Below are positions 1 through 11,700 of a DNA stretch of 64,000 nucleotides, piece after piece. The notes under the pieces are model-generated. The model was not told the DNA's origin, did no database searches, and was given only the letters and a program-made list of their open reading frames with translations. The translations under genes were made by a program, and so were the position numbers. Source of the stretch: an uncultured delta proteobacterium (lineage in GTDB: Bacteria > Desulfobacterota > Binatia > UBA9968); NCBI GenBank assembly GCA_963804165.1, contig CAWDPO010000040.1, forward strand, positions 64,001 through 128,000, given 5' to 3'. The stretch's first letter is position 1, and every line of letters starts with the position of its first letter.

Positions 1-1650
1 CGCAAAAGCCAACAGATCGCCCAGTGAGGCTTGAATTGAACCGACGCTCAACTCGCTGCTTAGCAACTCGCGAACCGCAGTGAATGCTTGTTCGCGAAGT
101 AAAACTTGCTGCAGCAAGGCGGCTACCCACATCCCCACCGCGAGCACCTGAAAAATTCGGCGAACGCGATGACGCAAGAGCGATCGATGGCGGTCGACAA
201 CGCGGAGTGCTGCAAACGGGCGCCCGCTCAGCGCGATCATGATCAGTCCGTCCACGACTTCGATGATGGCGTAGAGAATCAGCGCAAGGTAGCTGCTCTC
301 TAGGAGAGCATTGCCGAGCAGAGTGGCTAGAGTGACATATCCCAGCGCATTGGCGAAAAACACCAGGGAGGAAATCACCAGTACGACCCAGGCGGCAAGG
401 ATGATTGGTTTGTGGGCACGCGGCGTTCCGTCTGAAACTGAGCTTCTCCGTTGGGCAAAGGACCGCGCGAGCCAGAATGAAAAAAGCATGGCGCCAAGCA
501 TCTCGAGCAAAAACAGCAACCGAGGTAAAAACTGAACCGCTGCGGCGAAGGTGCGAAGTTGGTCGACAAAAAAGAATCCAATCAAGGCATACAATATCGG
601 ATAAAGGTCCGACGCGATGATGCGACGAAGGATAATAACGCTTGGAATCAGCGCAATCGCGCCGAGCGCCGTCCAGAACGGGCGAGGGGCTTCCGGATAG
701 ATCCACTGGCTGGTGAGTAGCGTCAAAATGAGCGCCGTGGCAATCGGCATTTCGAACACTGGCGTCACGCCGGCCCGACCGGTGTTCTCGACCGCCAACC
801 CACGCATGCGCCCACGTGTCCAATAAAGCGCTGCAGCCAATAGGGCGAAGATGACGACAGGGAGTACAAAGCGCATCGCCTGGCGACCTGCGTACTGGGA
901 CAACACCGCCCATTGCGTGGAAAATGATCCCAGGCTTTCCTCTTGAAGTTGTTGAGGCGGCAGTGACTCAATCTCCAACCTCCAGATCGGCGCGCCGTCC
1001 TGCAGGAACAGGCGGTTCAACGTGTTCTCCCGGGCTTGACCGACTAACCTGAGCGCGTCGGCGATCCGAGAATCTTGCACGCTAAGACGATTTTGTATCG
1101 CCAATGCTCGCGCCCGTTGCTTCTCGACCGCGTCGCGGCCTCGTCCGATTTCGCCGATGACGAACTTTATTCGATCAAGAACTTCCGGCGGCACGTTGGA
1201 ATCCTTAGCCACGGCAAAAGTTTGATTCCATGCCTTGCCAAATTCCTCGATCCGAGTGGTGTAGCGTTCAAGCTCGTTCACCCGCGCTGTCAAATTCTTG
1301 TTCAGCTTGGTCAGCTCTCGTCGCCGCCGGTCCCACTCTGTTTCAAGATTGCGCAGTATTTCAATCGTTGGGTTTTGCGCGACGATCTTTCGGCTCTCTC
1401 GGAGCCGAGCGTCGATCTCTCGCGCAATCGCCGGCAGCTCTTGCGCCACTATTTCCGTGACTCCGTTCGACGATGAGTCGGCCACGATGTCACGGACAAT
1501 GGTGGTTACCGACTCCGCCTCTAAAGCCACGTCTGCGAGGGGGATCGCCGCTGTCGCTTTGTCAGCCGCCGTCGGTGGGGTCTGCGGTGTCTCCTGTCCG
1601 TACACCGGACCACCCAACACGATGATCGCTGCAGCGAGCACGCCTCGCCA
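1..1650 (-). CDS. Large MscS-family mechanosensitive channel, N-terminal part; runs off the left edge
   Basis: Manual translation gives a continuous minus-strand frame: signal-like VLAAAIIVLGG, a long helical region, then many TM helices ending ...ELSVGSIQASLGDLLAFA, the segment that typically precedes the MscS core. Start codon approximate. Confidence 0.7.
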
Positions 1651-1985
1651 TAACGAACGATCTCTTATTCTCGCAAGCGATGGAATCTGTTGTGTGCTTA
1701 AATATCTGAGACTTTTTAGTAATTTTCCCGGAATAATTCCTACCGGTGGGTTTTCATATGCACGTTTACCAAAGGCGAGGACAAGCAGTTTCCATCGTCG
1801 CTCGTGTGACGAACGGAACTTCGGACAGCAACAGCGCATACTTAACGGCTAACAAAAATGCCATCCCGTTTGAAGGTTCGAACTCGAGTCTTACTGGGGA
1901 GGTAACTGCGCCTCGGATAGCGTCATCGGCCGTAAGGCAATGCGATCTGTCGCATCCGGCAGTGAAAAATTTACCTGAACGGATA

Positions 1986-2466
1986 TCAATCGCGTCTTTT
2001 TTCAATGATGGGCAAGATAACCCATAAGGATGAGAACAGGAACAAGAGCCCAACCGCGGACGCAACGGCCAACCAAGAAAGGCCGGTTATCAAGTTAGCG
2101 ACCAGATAGATCTCCAAGCAAATACTTATCGCGAGTGGAAACATCCCTAAGAGCAGAAGGACTGTACTACATCGGATAAACCGATGATAACTTGCAGCAA
2201 ATGGATCGACGTGGCGATGAAGCGCAGCGGGAGTCATTACCAGAGCAATGGCAATTACCGTGAGAACGGTCGAAACATAGTGAAGCTCCTGCTCCACGAT
2301 TGATAATCGTTTCTCGAATCCCTCATTAAATGACTATCAATTGAAAACCAAACAGCGCTTGAATGCCTGGCAGAACCATTCTGCATTCCTCCAGGATGTA
2401 TCTAAGCGCCGAGTCTAATGACAACTTTTCTTTGTTTGATTCAGTGCTCACGGACGGCCGCTGCAT
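1986..2466 (-). CDS. DUF6328 family membrane protein (frameshift near 2330)
   Basis: ILEECRMVLPGIQALFGFQL in the upstream frame joins ORF 1986..2297 (...ALVMTPAALHR...). Confidence 0.8.
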
Positions 2467-2609
2467 TTGGCTAATTTGCGTTGCGTTTGGCTGGAGCTCT
2501 CAATTAATTGTGTACGCTTTAGAACAGATTTTTTGTAACGGATCTGCAGAGCGCTCGTGTTACATCGCCAACGTTGGAACAGCCGCGATGTTTACCGGTC
2601 CGCCTGAAA

Positions 2610-2939
2610 TTAGCTTCCGCTACCCTGCACGGCTATGATCCGATCCTTAATCCTTTTGAACGTGGCATCAGGAACGATCTTCTTTGAGATGAGTTCGTCC
2701 TTTTTCTGGTAAGGACGGTTGTCGACAATTTTTTGTGCATAAGCTGCGTCAATGCCCGGAAGCGCTTTTAGGTCGTCAATCGGTGCAGAGTTAATGTCGA
2801 GCGGCTTGATTTTAGTAGGGACAACAATGCGATCAGCTAGAGGTTGATTTATGGCCTCGGCTGCCTGAATCCAATCTGGCGCGACGCCAATAAAAACGCT
2901 GGCAATGAACGATCCGACCACAGTCTTGGATAAAGTCAT
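2610..2939 (-). CDS. ComEA-like helix-hairpin-helix protein
   Basis: Signal peptide plus LDINSA..DLKALPGI..AYAQKIVDNRPY. Confidence 0.85.
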   Translation of the reverse strand: MTLSKTVVGSFIASVFIGVAPDWIQAAEAINQPLADRIVVPTKIKPLDINSAPIDDLKALPGIDAAYAQKIVDNRPYQKKDELISKKIVPDATFKRIKDRIIAVQGSGS

Positions 2940-3128
2940 GCTTTTACCTCGCTATTGCACTCTCCGCCTGAGAATAACACAGGGCGAAGGTCAATTTAAC
3001 GGTGCATCAGGTGCACAACCCGCCGGCGGAAGATTGATTGATTGTTCAGAACCACCGGCGAGTTGTTAGAAGTAAGTTCCAAGTCTCAAGTCTCGCGGTC
3101 GAAGGCGTATTGGCATTCGTCTGGCGAG

Positions 3129-3290
3129 TTATGCGCATTCTTCGTGACCGCATCCACATTCTTCCGAGTTAGTGGACGGTCCGGCTTTTGCGCAATACCT
3201 GCTGCAAAACGTTTCATCCCCTGCGATGATGCCATCGCCGTCTTGAACGATGCAATCGCAGTCCTCGTGAGCGCAATTATGCTCTGCCAT
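3129..3290 (-). CDS. Bacterial metallothionein-like protein (53 aa)
   Basis: Manual translation MAEHNCAHEDCDCIVQDGDGIIAGDETFCSRYCAKAGPSTNSEECGCGHEECA. CAHxxCxC, FCSxxC and CGCGH motifs are SmtA/BmtA-like. Start overlaps the upstream stop (TAATG). Confidence 0.85.
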   Translation of the reverse strand: MAEHNCAHEDCDCIVQDGDGIIAGDETFCSRYCAKAGPSTNSEECGCGHEECA

Positions 3291-3751
3291 TATTTTTCAC
3301 CTTCTCTCGAGAGTGTATGGAAAGACTTGTGCGCCGACGGGTAAGCCATTTTCTCGCTAGCTAAGTGTTCGCCTAGGTCGTGCAGATTGGGCCCGTCTGT
3401 CAGGCTTCGGACCTGTGGAAAGATTTCGCTTTCCTCAGTGATGACATGCAACTGCACTTCGGCTTTGAGCGTTTGGAAATTCTTCTCGAATTCTTGCCCC
3501 TCTTGAGTTTGCATGTCGCGCAGGAGCTCTTTGACCAGCCGGTGTTGCGCTCTAGCGTCCTGCACGAGTTCTTTTAGAAACTTGCGATTTTGAAACTGAG
3601 GGTAGAAGTGCGTTTCTTCGAGTTGAGTGTGAGCTTCGAGCTCGGCTCTTATTGTTTCGAAGAGCCGTTTCATGGCGTCATAGGTATTTGAGTCGGCGAA
3701 AAGCTTTTTGACGATATCATGGTCCTTCTTTAAGAGCTCCAGCGCGTCCAT
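3290..3751 (-). CDS. Hemerythrin HHE cation-binding domain protein
   Basis: MDALELLKKDH...ELEAHTQLEETHFYP...H...HVITEESEIFP. Confidence 0.9.
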   Translation of the reverse strand: MDALELLKKDHDIVKKLFADSNTYDAMKRLFETIRAELEAHTQLEETHFYPQFQNRKFLKELVQDARAQHRLVKELLRDMQTQEGQEFEKNFQTLKAEVQLHVITEESEIFPQVRSLTDGPNLHDLGEHLASEKMAYPSAHKSFHTLSREGEK

Positions 3752-3770
3752 AGACTTGTCGCCTGCGACT

Positions 3771-4856
3771 TTAGCTGTTTTGCGGAGGAAGCAACGGTGA
3801 CGGCGTGCCCGCTGCGGACAATTCATTGTTGCGCTCAGCAGCGCGATCGGCGGGTCGGGTCAACAACGACGGTGCCAGCACCGATCCGCTTTCCCAGCCT
3901 TGTTTCGAAGGGTTTCCCATTCCTTCGCGCGGGCGCGGCAATAGCCGAGTCATGAGCCCGAATGTCTCCGCGACCAATGTGGGAAAGAGGCCATGGGCAA
4001 GTCGAAGCAGCCGAGCTTGCGGCGTGATAGTGATTTCCGCTTTGCCATAGCGGCACGCCTCGAGGATCGCTCGAGCCGCGCGCGTCGATGCGGTGGATAG
4101 TAAGGGCGAGGCATTGGCGATGGCGAACAGCGCGTATTCCTTCTTGTGTTGCCCTTTGAAAAAGGCGTGGAGGTGGGAGCCGGTGCGCATCAAACCGGGG
4201 CAGACGGTGGTCACGTAGATGCCGTCTTTGAGCAGCTCCGCGCGCATGCCTTCGGACAACCCGACCAAGGCAAACTTGCTGGCCGCGTAAGGCAGCAGAT
4301 GAGGGACGGCGACCTTGCCGCCGATGGACGCAATATTGACGATACGCCCTGCCCCGAAAGATTTCATGTGCGGCAGGATTTCTTCCATCAAATATAGCGG
4401 TCCCCAGAAATGCACGCCCATGGTATTTTCGTAGTCGCGGACATCCATATTCTCCAGCGGTCCCACTTGGATGATGCCGGCGTTGTTGATCAGTACGTCT
4501 ATTCGCCCCGCCTTGGCGAGAACATTGGCGATCACCTCGCGGACTTGGCTTCGCTGGCTGACGTCGCAGGAGAATGTCATTACATTGGTGCCCTGGTTCT
4601 GAAGTTCCATTGCCGTCCGCGTTAGGTTGGCTTGATCGCGCGCGAGTAGTACTAGATTCGCACCCTCTTCGGCAAAAGCGCGCGCGAGTTCGAGCCCGAG
4701 TCCGCGCGACGCACCGGAAATCAGCACCGTCTTGCCGGCAAATTCCATACGCCGTCGCTCGCGCACGATACGGATCGCCGCGGCGATGATCGTACCCGTT
4801 AAAGCGAACTTGGCGAGCTTAATCACGAGCGGAAAGGCCGATGAGCGATTGTCCAT
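3771..4856 (-). CDS. SDR family oxidoreductase
   Basis: SGASRGLG, NNAG and YAASK motifs; AAGGAG RBS before ATG at 4856. Confidence 0.92.
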   Translation of the reverse strand: MDNRSSAFPLVIKLAKFALTGTIIAAAIRIVRERRRMEFAGKTVLISGASRGLGLELARAFAEEGANLVLLARDQANLTRTAMELQNQGTNVMTFSCDVSQRSQVREVIANVLAKAGRIDVLINNAGIIQVGPLENMDVRDYENTMGVHFWGPLYLMEEILPHMKSFGAGRIVNIASIGGKVAVPHLLPYAASKFALVGLSEGMRAELLKDGIYVTTVCPGLMRTGSHLHAFFKGQHKKEYALFAIANASPLLSTASTRAARAILEACRYGKAEITITPQARLLRLAHGLFPTLVAETFGLMTRLLPRPREGMGNPSKQGWESGSVLAPSLLTRPADRAAERNNELSAAGTPSPLLPPQNS

Positions 4857-4871
4857 GGCAGCTCCTTGCAA

Positions 4872-5236
4872 TTATTCAGTAGGCCTTTCGACCTTGGTCA
4901 TCCAGCCATTAGGATTCGAATTGTCGCAGAAGGCATGGAGATCGTGCTCGCAGTAGTAACAGTTGCCGCACGCGATCGGAAAAGGCACGATCACGTGGTC
5001 GCCGGCGTGCAAATTGCCGACGCCGGGTCCGACCTCGACGACTTCGCCGACGAACTCGTGACCTAAAATATCGCCAGCGCGCATCGTTGGAATGTTGCCG
5101 CTGTAAATGTGCAGATCGGAGCCGCAAATCGCCGTAAGCTCGGTTTTAATGATCGCGTCGCGCGGATTGATGATCGCGGGATCAGGCACAGTTTCAACAC
5201 GAATTCTTTTTTGCCGTTCCAACAGACTGCTCGCAT
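4872..5236 (-). pseudogene. Truncated Zn-dependent alcohol/formaldehyde dehydrogenase
   Basis: MRAVCW..., ICGSDLH, GHEFVG and CGNCYYC motifs, but it stops after about 120 aa with no NAD-binding domain. Confidence 0.85.
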
Positions 5237-5272
5237 GATCGGTTCCTGCAGGAAAAATTATTTCAAAAAAGG

Positions 5273-5288
5273 AGCAATCGTTATGCCA
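5273..5288 (-). promoter_or_regulatory. Sigma54 -24/-12 promoter for the ADH-SDR-hemerythrin-metallothionein operon
   Basis: TGGCATAACGATTGCT. Confidence 0.75.
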
Positions 5289-5743
5289 TTGCCCTTGGAC
5301 GCTACTTCAGATTCCGCGGGCTGCCAGGAAACGATTAAGCCAACATTTGCCGCAGCTTCGAACGCGTACGGTGCAAACCGAGTTGCAAAAATACAACCCC
5401 TACGGGATTGGTGTCCTTAAATTAGGACTCGTTGGTAGGAAGAATCCCTACGAAAACTAGGCGAGTTCATTGAGCAGCATAGAAGCAAGTCCCACAGTCG
5501 GCATCACGTCGGCCAGTCATGTCTACCAGACGAGGTGCGCAGATGATCGGTGGGCAATGGTTTTCCGAGCAGACGATTAGCCCATGCGAACTTATCCTGT
5601 AGCCAAGGCATTAACGGTGTTCAAGTCGACGGCTTGTTCTTCTCGTCCACGCAGCCAGCGGGAAAGTTTACACGCAGGAACCCGCATCGTAGAAGTTTCG
5701 CCGGTCGGCGCTCCGTATTGTGCGCTCAATCGTTTCACCTCAA

Positions 5744-5759
5744 TGGCATATCGCTTGCG
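5744..5759 (+). promoter_or_regulatory. Sigma54 promoter
   Basis: TGGCATATCGCTTGCG just upstream of YihY. Confidence 0.7.
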
Positions 5760-5773
5760 CATGCAACGCGGAT

Positions 5774-6724
5774 ATGAAAGATCACTCGGTTTGGCAGGTT
5801 TTTAAGGACACCATCGTGCACTGGATCGATGATGAACCTTTCCAGCTAGCTGCTGCGCTTTCCTATTACACGTTTTTTTCATTAGCGCCACTGCTGATCG
5901 TCGTTATCGCCGTAGCAGGGATTGTTTTTGGCCATGAAGCGGCGCAGAACCAAATCGTCGAAACCATCCAAGGATTGATCGGTTCAGAGGGCGCGCAGAC
6001 GATCCAAAGCATCATGCAAGCTGCGGCCAGTCAGCCCGAGTCAGGTATCATTTCCACTTCGCTCGGTATCGCGGCGCTGGTTGCCGGCGCGGGCGGCGTT
6101 GTCGGCCAGCTTCAGACTTCTCTTAACAGAATATGGGGAGTCGCGCCCAAGCCAGGCCATGGCATGTGGGGCTTTGTTCGCCAGCGCTTCGTCTCATTCG
6201 CGATGGTACTGGGCATAGGATTTTTGCTCGTGGTCTCGCTAGCGGTGAGTGCTTTATTGACCGGTATCACTCAATTAATCGGACTCGTGTTTGGCGGAAT
6301 TGCCTTCATCGCTCATGCTCTGGATTTCTTAGCGTCGTTCGTTGTTGTGACCGTGCTTTTTGCGATGATCTACAAGTTCCTACCAGATATTCAAATCAAG
6401 TGGAGTGACGTATGGATCGGCGCCGGTCTGACGTCGATTCTCTTCACAATTGGAAAAGTTCTGATCGGCATCTATTTAGGCACGAGCGGCGTGACATCGC
6501 CCTATGGAGCTGCGGGTTCACTCGTAACGGTTTTACTATGGGTCTATTACTCGTCGCTGATTTTCTTTTTAGGAGCCGAGTTCACCAAGATTTACGCCAG
6601 CCAATACGGGTCAGGAGTCGCCCCCGCAAAAAATGCCCAAGCTGTTGGCGAACGTGCTGACAACCGACGTCGAATCTTCAGACGACGCCAACATCAACAC
6701 GACCGGAATGTGGGGATCAGGTGA
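5774..6724 (+). CDS. YihY/virulence factor BrkB family membrane protein
   Basis: LAAALSYYTFFSLAPLL, LNRIWGV, YGAAGSLVTVLLWVYYSSLIFFLGAEF. Confidence 0.93.
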   Translation: MKDHSVWQVFKDTIVHWIDDEPFQLAAALSYYTFFSLAPLLIVVIAVAGIVFGHEAAQNQIVETIQGLIGSEGAQTIQSIMQAAASQPESGIISTSLGIAALVAGAGGVVGQLQTSLNRIWGVAPKPGHGMWGFVRQRFVSFAMVLGIGFLLVVSLAVSALLTGITQLIGLVFGGIAFIAHALDFLASFVVVTVLFAMIYKFLPDIQIKWSDVWIGAGLTSILFTIGKVLIGIYLGTSGVTSPYGAAGSLVTVLLWVYYSSLIFFLGAEFTKIYASQYGSGVAPAKNAQAVGERADNRRRIFRRRQHQHDRNVGIR

Positions 6725-7069
6725 TTTGCATCAAGACGCAATGACACTGCGAGCTATTCGCAGACGGAGCCTTGTGCGTGGACGCTATCGCAGTCGGCGT
6801 GATTGGGGTTGAGCAAACGCGAATCCGACGGCTTGAAATCAACGAACTCGTAGCGTACGCCGATAGAGCCTGAGGGATCCATTCGATCGTCTCCTCAAAC
6901 TAGGTTGTCCTAGGTTGTCGGTTTTTCCGCACATTATAGGGAAAAACCGCTCACTACCTTGATCTCGATATTTAGCGGGTTGTTGACGACTTCGACAATT
7001 TCCCGTGAAAAATCGGCTCGACGGCCCGGTTTTATGTTGTCTGACCTGTTCCCTCTGGGTCTACGGGAA

Positions 7070-7085
7070 TGGTACGTCACTTGCT
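7070..7085 (+). promoter_or_regulatory. Sigma54 promoter
   Basis: TGGTACGTCACTTGCT. Confidence 0.65.
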
Positions 7086-7125
7086 CGCTGTTCTTTCGCG
7101 ATCGGACAAGGAGAGGAGAGCGAAA

Positions 7126-7338
7126 ATGAAGTCGATCGATGTAAGCCTACACAAACCCAGCTACTGGCAGTCAATATTCTTGCAGAGCAGAGTAAACGGA
7201 GCTGCTTACAACGGTGAACGCCTTCCAAAGCGAAGTTGGGATTGGCCGAAAGATACGTATCTGCAGCGCCGATTACGATGGCATAGGTATCTACACCGTG
7301 GAGAAGATTCAAAGTTGAATGAGTGCACTGCTGCGTGA
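7126..7338 (+). CDS. Small hypothetical protein (70 aa)
   Basis: GGAGAG RBS and an upstream sigma54 promoter. Confidence 0.5.
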   Translation: MKSIDVSLHKPSYWQSIFLQSRVNGAAYNGERLPKRSWDWPKDTYLQRRLRWHRYLHRGEDSKLNECTAA

Positions 7339-7648
7339 CCCAGAACTCCAGCATTGCGCTGTATCAATGCGATGGTTTAAATCCGAGAGGTTCCACGGTT
7401 AGCTAGGCTTCCGCTCGATCCTCTCTTCACCCGGCATGTGGCATGGCGCAGGTAAGCACTCAGCGGACAATGGAGGTCCATTTGCTCTAAAAGAAATAAG
7501 CGCGGAAGACGCGCAAGAGACCTTAGAATCTGGACCGCCTCCCAACGCTATTCAGTCTCGAAAAATAGCTGGAGTCTTCGATGACAAGGAATGATCCAGA
7601 AGAATATCTATTGGGTAGATTCGCAAAAATTTGCCGTACCATTGACTA

Positions 7649-7861
7649 ATGTTGTGGAACGTTAAAGCTGTCGAGGATCTAACGTCCGGCGATTTTGTTG
7701 AATTCATGCCGGACGTGCACGGCAAGTTGTGCTGTAAAAAGGCTTCAAAACTACATTCGATTAGCGCGATGGCGGCTAGAGATATCCTAAAGGACGAAAC
7801 GCTTACCTTTGACACGAGGAATGACACCCGGGACTTGGTGGGAGTCAAAGATCCATCTTAG
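7649..7861 (+). CDS. Small hypothetical protein, paralog of 43069..43269
   Basis: Both share VKAVxDLxSGDFVEF.PD..GKL.CKKA...AAR.I.K.ETLTFDT..DTRDL. Confidence 0.75.
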   Translation: MLWNVKAVEDLTSGDFVEFMPDVHGKLCCKKASKLHSISAMAARDILKDETLTFDTRNDTRDLVGVKDPS

Positions 7862-7913
7862 TGCTCATGACTGATGTTTTGTGTATGAATCCTGTTCGGA
7901 ACCAGGAGGCTCA

Positions 7914-8339
7914 ATGTCCCTTCTTTTCTTCCTTCCCTTTTTAGCCGCGGCTGCGGACGACGCCGCCAACACTTATGTCCACCAAATGGAAAAGCGCATC
8001 ATGGCGGTCTGGCATTTGCCGCAAAAATCGGCGGGATTGACTGTTGTGCTGCGAATGAATCTCGAACAGTCCGGACGCATTTCCGAGGTCCGAGTAGAGC
8101 AATCGTCCGGCAATGAACACTTCGATGCGTCGGCGGTTGAAGCGGTGCGCCACGCAGCGCCATTCCCTCCCGTGCCTGGTGCGCTGCGACATTTGATCGG
8201 CGATCTAGTCATCGTGCTCGATCCCACGCCCTTGCCGATGGAAGAGACACCGAAAGCGCAGAAACCACCGCGCAGGCCTCAGACTCCGCGGGCACCCGTT
8301 AGGCCGGCACCGAAAAATCTCCCCGGTCAAGAAATCTGA
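7914..8339 (+). CDS. TonB/TolA C-terminal domain protein
   Basis: RIMAVW..P, GRISEVRVEQSSGNEHFDASAVEAVRHAAPFPP; AGGAGG RBS. Confidence 0.8.
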   Translation: MSLLFFLPFLAAAADDAANTYVHQMEKRIMAVWHLPQKSAGLTVVLRMNLEQSGRISEVRVEQSSGNEHFDASAVEAVRHAAPFPPVPGALRHLIGDLVIVLDPTPLPMEETPKAQKPPRRPQTPRAPVRPAPKNLPGQEI

Positions 8340-8739
8340 GTCTGAGTTGCTTCCAATCTCGGCAAAAACAAGGTGAATTGCTATTGAATCGATATTCCAC
8401 TGATGCTGTAGAGTTTCCGACAGACACAGTTGGGTATCGCTGATATTTAGAACTCCGATACTTCTCGTCCGCTCCGCTGGGCCACATGTCGCGATGGTCC
8501 CACGATACCGCAGCGTGTTTGCTATTAATTTTCATGCGTGAACAGGTATAAGTTGTCGCATGGACCGGGGAAATGGAGATAAGATTTTAATCGGAGCGGT
8601 ATGAACCCAGAGCAATCGCTTGGATTAGAGGAAGGGTTGTTCACACACTAGGAGCAGCGGCGTTACGTTTCTGCTGTAGGCGATTGCACTGGATGAAGAA
8701 GGGCTCTATTCCCGCCCGTTTTTTTCTGAAGCGAGTATT

Positions 8740-11700
8740 ATGACGATGTCTTCGATCGACAGGCGATCCGCCGAGGTCAAGGAACATGAGCGCCGGGCGG
8801 CAGTTATTCTTGATGGTATGTACCAGTTTGTCGCCCTGCTGAACCCCCGCGGCGATATCCTGGAGGTGAACCGTGCCGCTTTGGAGGGCGCGGGCCATCA
8901 GATTCAGGAGATCCGGGGGAAGCCCTTCTGGACCGCGCGTTGGTGGCAGGTCTCGGAACAGATCCAGGAGGACCTCCAAGTCGCGATCCGGCGCGCATCC
9001 GCCGGCGAGTTCGTTCGCTACGAGGTGAATATCTACGGTGAGCAGTCCGGGCTCGCGCCCATCACGATCGACTTCTCCCTGCAACCGATTCGGGGTGAGT
9101 CCGGCGAGGTCGAATACTTACTGCCGGAAGGCCGGAACATTACCGAGCGCAAACGGGCCGAAGAGCAGGTGGCCAATCAGGCCCAGGAGTTACGCGTCCT
9201 AAACGAGCGCCTCAAGGAGTTGGACCGGCTCAAAACCCAATTCTTTACCAACGTCAGCCACGAGTTCCGCACGCCTCTGACGCTGATGCTCGGACCGCTT
9301 GAAGATGCGCTGGCCAACGCCCACGGCGTTCTCCCCGTGGGCGCAGCCAAGGACTTGGACGTTTCCCACCGCAACGCCCTACGGCTGCTGAAGCTTGTCA
9401 ACACGATGCTGGATTTCTCTCGCATCGAGGCCGGGCGCATGCAGGCCGCGTACGAGCCGGTTGACCTGGCCACCCTCACGGCGGAACTCGCCAGCAATTT
9501 CCGCTCAGCTTGCGAAAAGGCCAGCTTGCGATTGGTCGTGGACTGCCCGCCGCTCAGCGGTGGCGAGCCGGTGTACGTCGATCGCGATATGTGGGAGAAG
9601 ATCGTCCTGAACCTCGTGAGCAACGCCTTCAAGTTCACACTGAAAGGCGAAATCGAAGTGCGCTTGCAGGCAATGGATGGCCAAGCGCGCTTGACGGTGC
9701 GCGACACCGGCGTAGGCATCCCATCTGCAGAATTGCCGCACATGTTCGAGCGTTTCCATCGGATCGAGCACAGCCGCGGGCGCACACACGAAGGCACTGG
9801 CATTGGCCTGGCGCTCGTGCAGGAGCTCGTGCAACTTCACGGCGGAACGGTACGCGCGGACAGCAAGCTGGGCGAGGGAAGCACGTTCATCGTCACCATC
9901 CCTTTCGGCAAGGCGCATCTGGATCCGCAGCGCATCGGCACGGCTTCCGAGCTGGCGTCCACCGCAATCGCTCCGTCCGCCTTCGTAGAGGAGGCGGTGC
10001 GGTGGCTTCCCGAAGCGGAAACGCAAGCGAAGCAAGAAGAGGAGCAGACCTGGACGCCTTCGCTGGCAATGTCTGATCGCGACGTTCCGGAAATTCAGCC
10101 ACAGGACCAGAGCGCCCGCATTCTCTTGGCCGACGATAACGCCGACATGCGCGAATACGTCAGCCGCTTGCTGGGAAAGCGCTTCGACGTGCAGGCAGTT
10201 ACGGACGGGGAGACCGCCTTGGAGGTGGCCCGAGCCGAACCGCCTGATCTAGTGATCAGCGACATCATGATGCCAAGGCTGGATGGGTTCGGCTTACTGC
10301 TCGAGCTGCGCGCCGATCCGCAACTGCGCGAGGTTCCAATCATCCTACTCTCTGCCAGAGCTGGGGAGGAGAGCCGCATCGAAGGCATGGAAGCCGGCGC
10401 GAATGATTACCTGATCAAGCCGTTCAGCGCCCGCGAGCTGCTAGCGCGCGTCGGCGCGCATCTCGCGATAGCTCGCGTTCGCAGGGAAGCCACAGAGAAA
10501 GTCCGGTCAAGCGAGGCCGAACTGCGCGATTTCGTCGAGAACGCCAACGTCGGACTTCACCGCGTCACTTCGGATGGCATTATTCTGTGGGCCAACCAGA
10601 CGGAATTAGATCTATTTGGATACACACGCGAGGAATACATCGGCCATTCTATTGCTCAGTTCCACGTTGATGCTTCGGTGAGTGAGGACATTCTTACCCG
10701 TCTGCGCCGGGGAGAGAGGGTAATCGATCGCGAGGCGCGCATGCGCTGCGAAGACGGTTCGATTCGTCACGTGCGTCATCAATTCCAGCGGGTTTTTCGA
10801 GGACGGTAAGTTCACCCATTCCCGCTCCTTTACTCAAGACATCACCGAACGCAAGTGGGCCCAAAGAGCGACCGGGTTGCTGAGCGCCATCGTCGATTCG
10901 TCCGACGACGCCATCATCAGCAAAGACCTCAACGGGGTCATCACCAGTTGGAACAACAGCGCCGAGCGAATGTTCGGATACACCGCTTCCGAAGCCGTCG
11001 GCCAGCGGATCACCATGCTCATTCCCTCTGATCGACTCGACGAAGAGCCGAAGATTCTCGAGCGGCTCAGGCACGGCGAGCGGATGGACCACTTCGAGAC
11101 GATCCGGATGCGGAAAGACGGGTCCCGGCTGGACATCTCGCTGACCATCTCGCCGGTGAAAGACGCCGATGGTCGCATTGTCGGCGCATCGAAAGTCGCG
11201 CGCGACATCACCGAACGCAAACGGATTGAGCAGCAGCGTCATGAATTCAGGCTCGAGTTAGAGAAACAAGTCCATGAGCGGACCGCAGAATTAGAAAAGG
11301 CGAACCGGGCGCTGCTGAAGGACATGGAGGAGAGAAAAAAGCTCGAAGAGCAGCTTCATCAGTCACAAAAACTGGAGAGCATGGGCATTCTTGCAGCTGG
11401 CGTCGCCCACGACTTAAACAATCTTCTCAACATTATCCAGGGTTACGCTTCTGTTATCGGGCCAGACGCCCCAAGGGACGAGATCGGCGAGAGTGTCGAT
11501 GCCATCACCGAGACCACCAAACGAGGCGCCGCTTTGGTGCAACAGCTTTTGACTCTTGCCCGCAAAACGGAAATCAAAAAAGAGTCTATAGATGTCAATA
11601 CACTTATTCAGCGACTGAGCAGTTTCATCAAGGAAACATTTCCGAAAAACATCGAAACGACGCTGGACTTGTCCCCCATTCTTCCTGCGATCCTGGCCGA

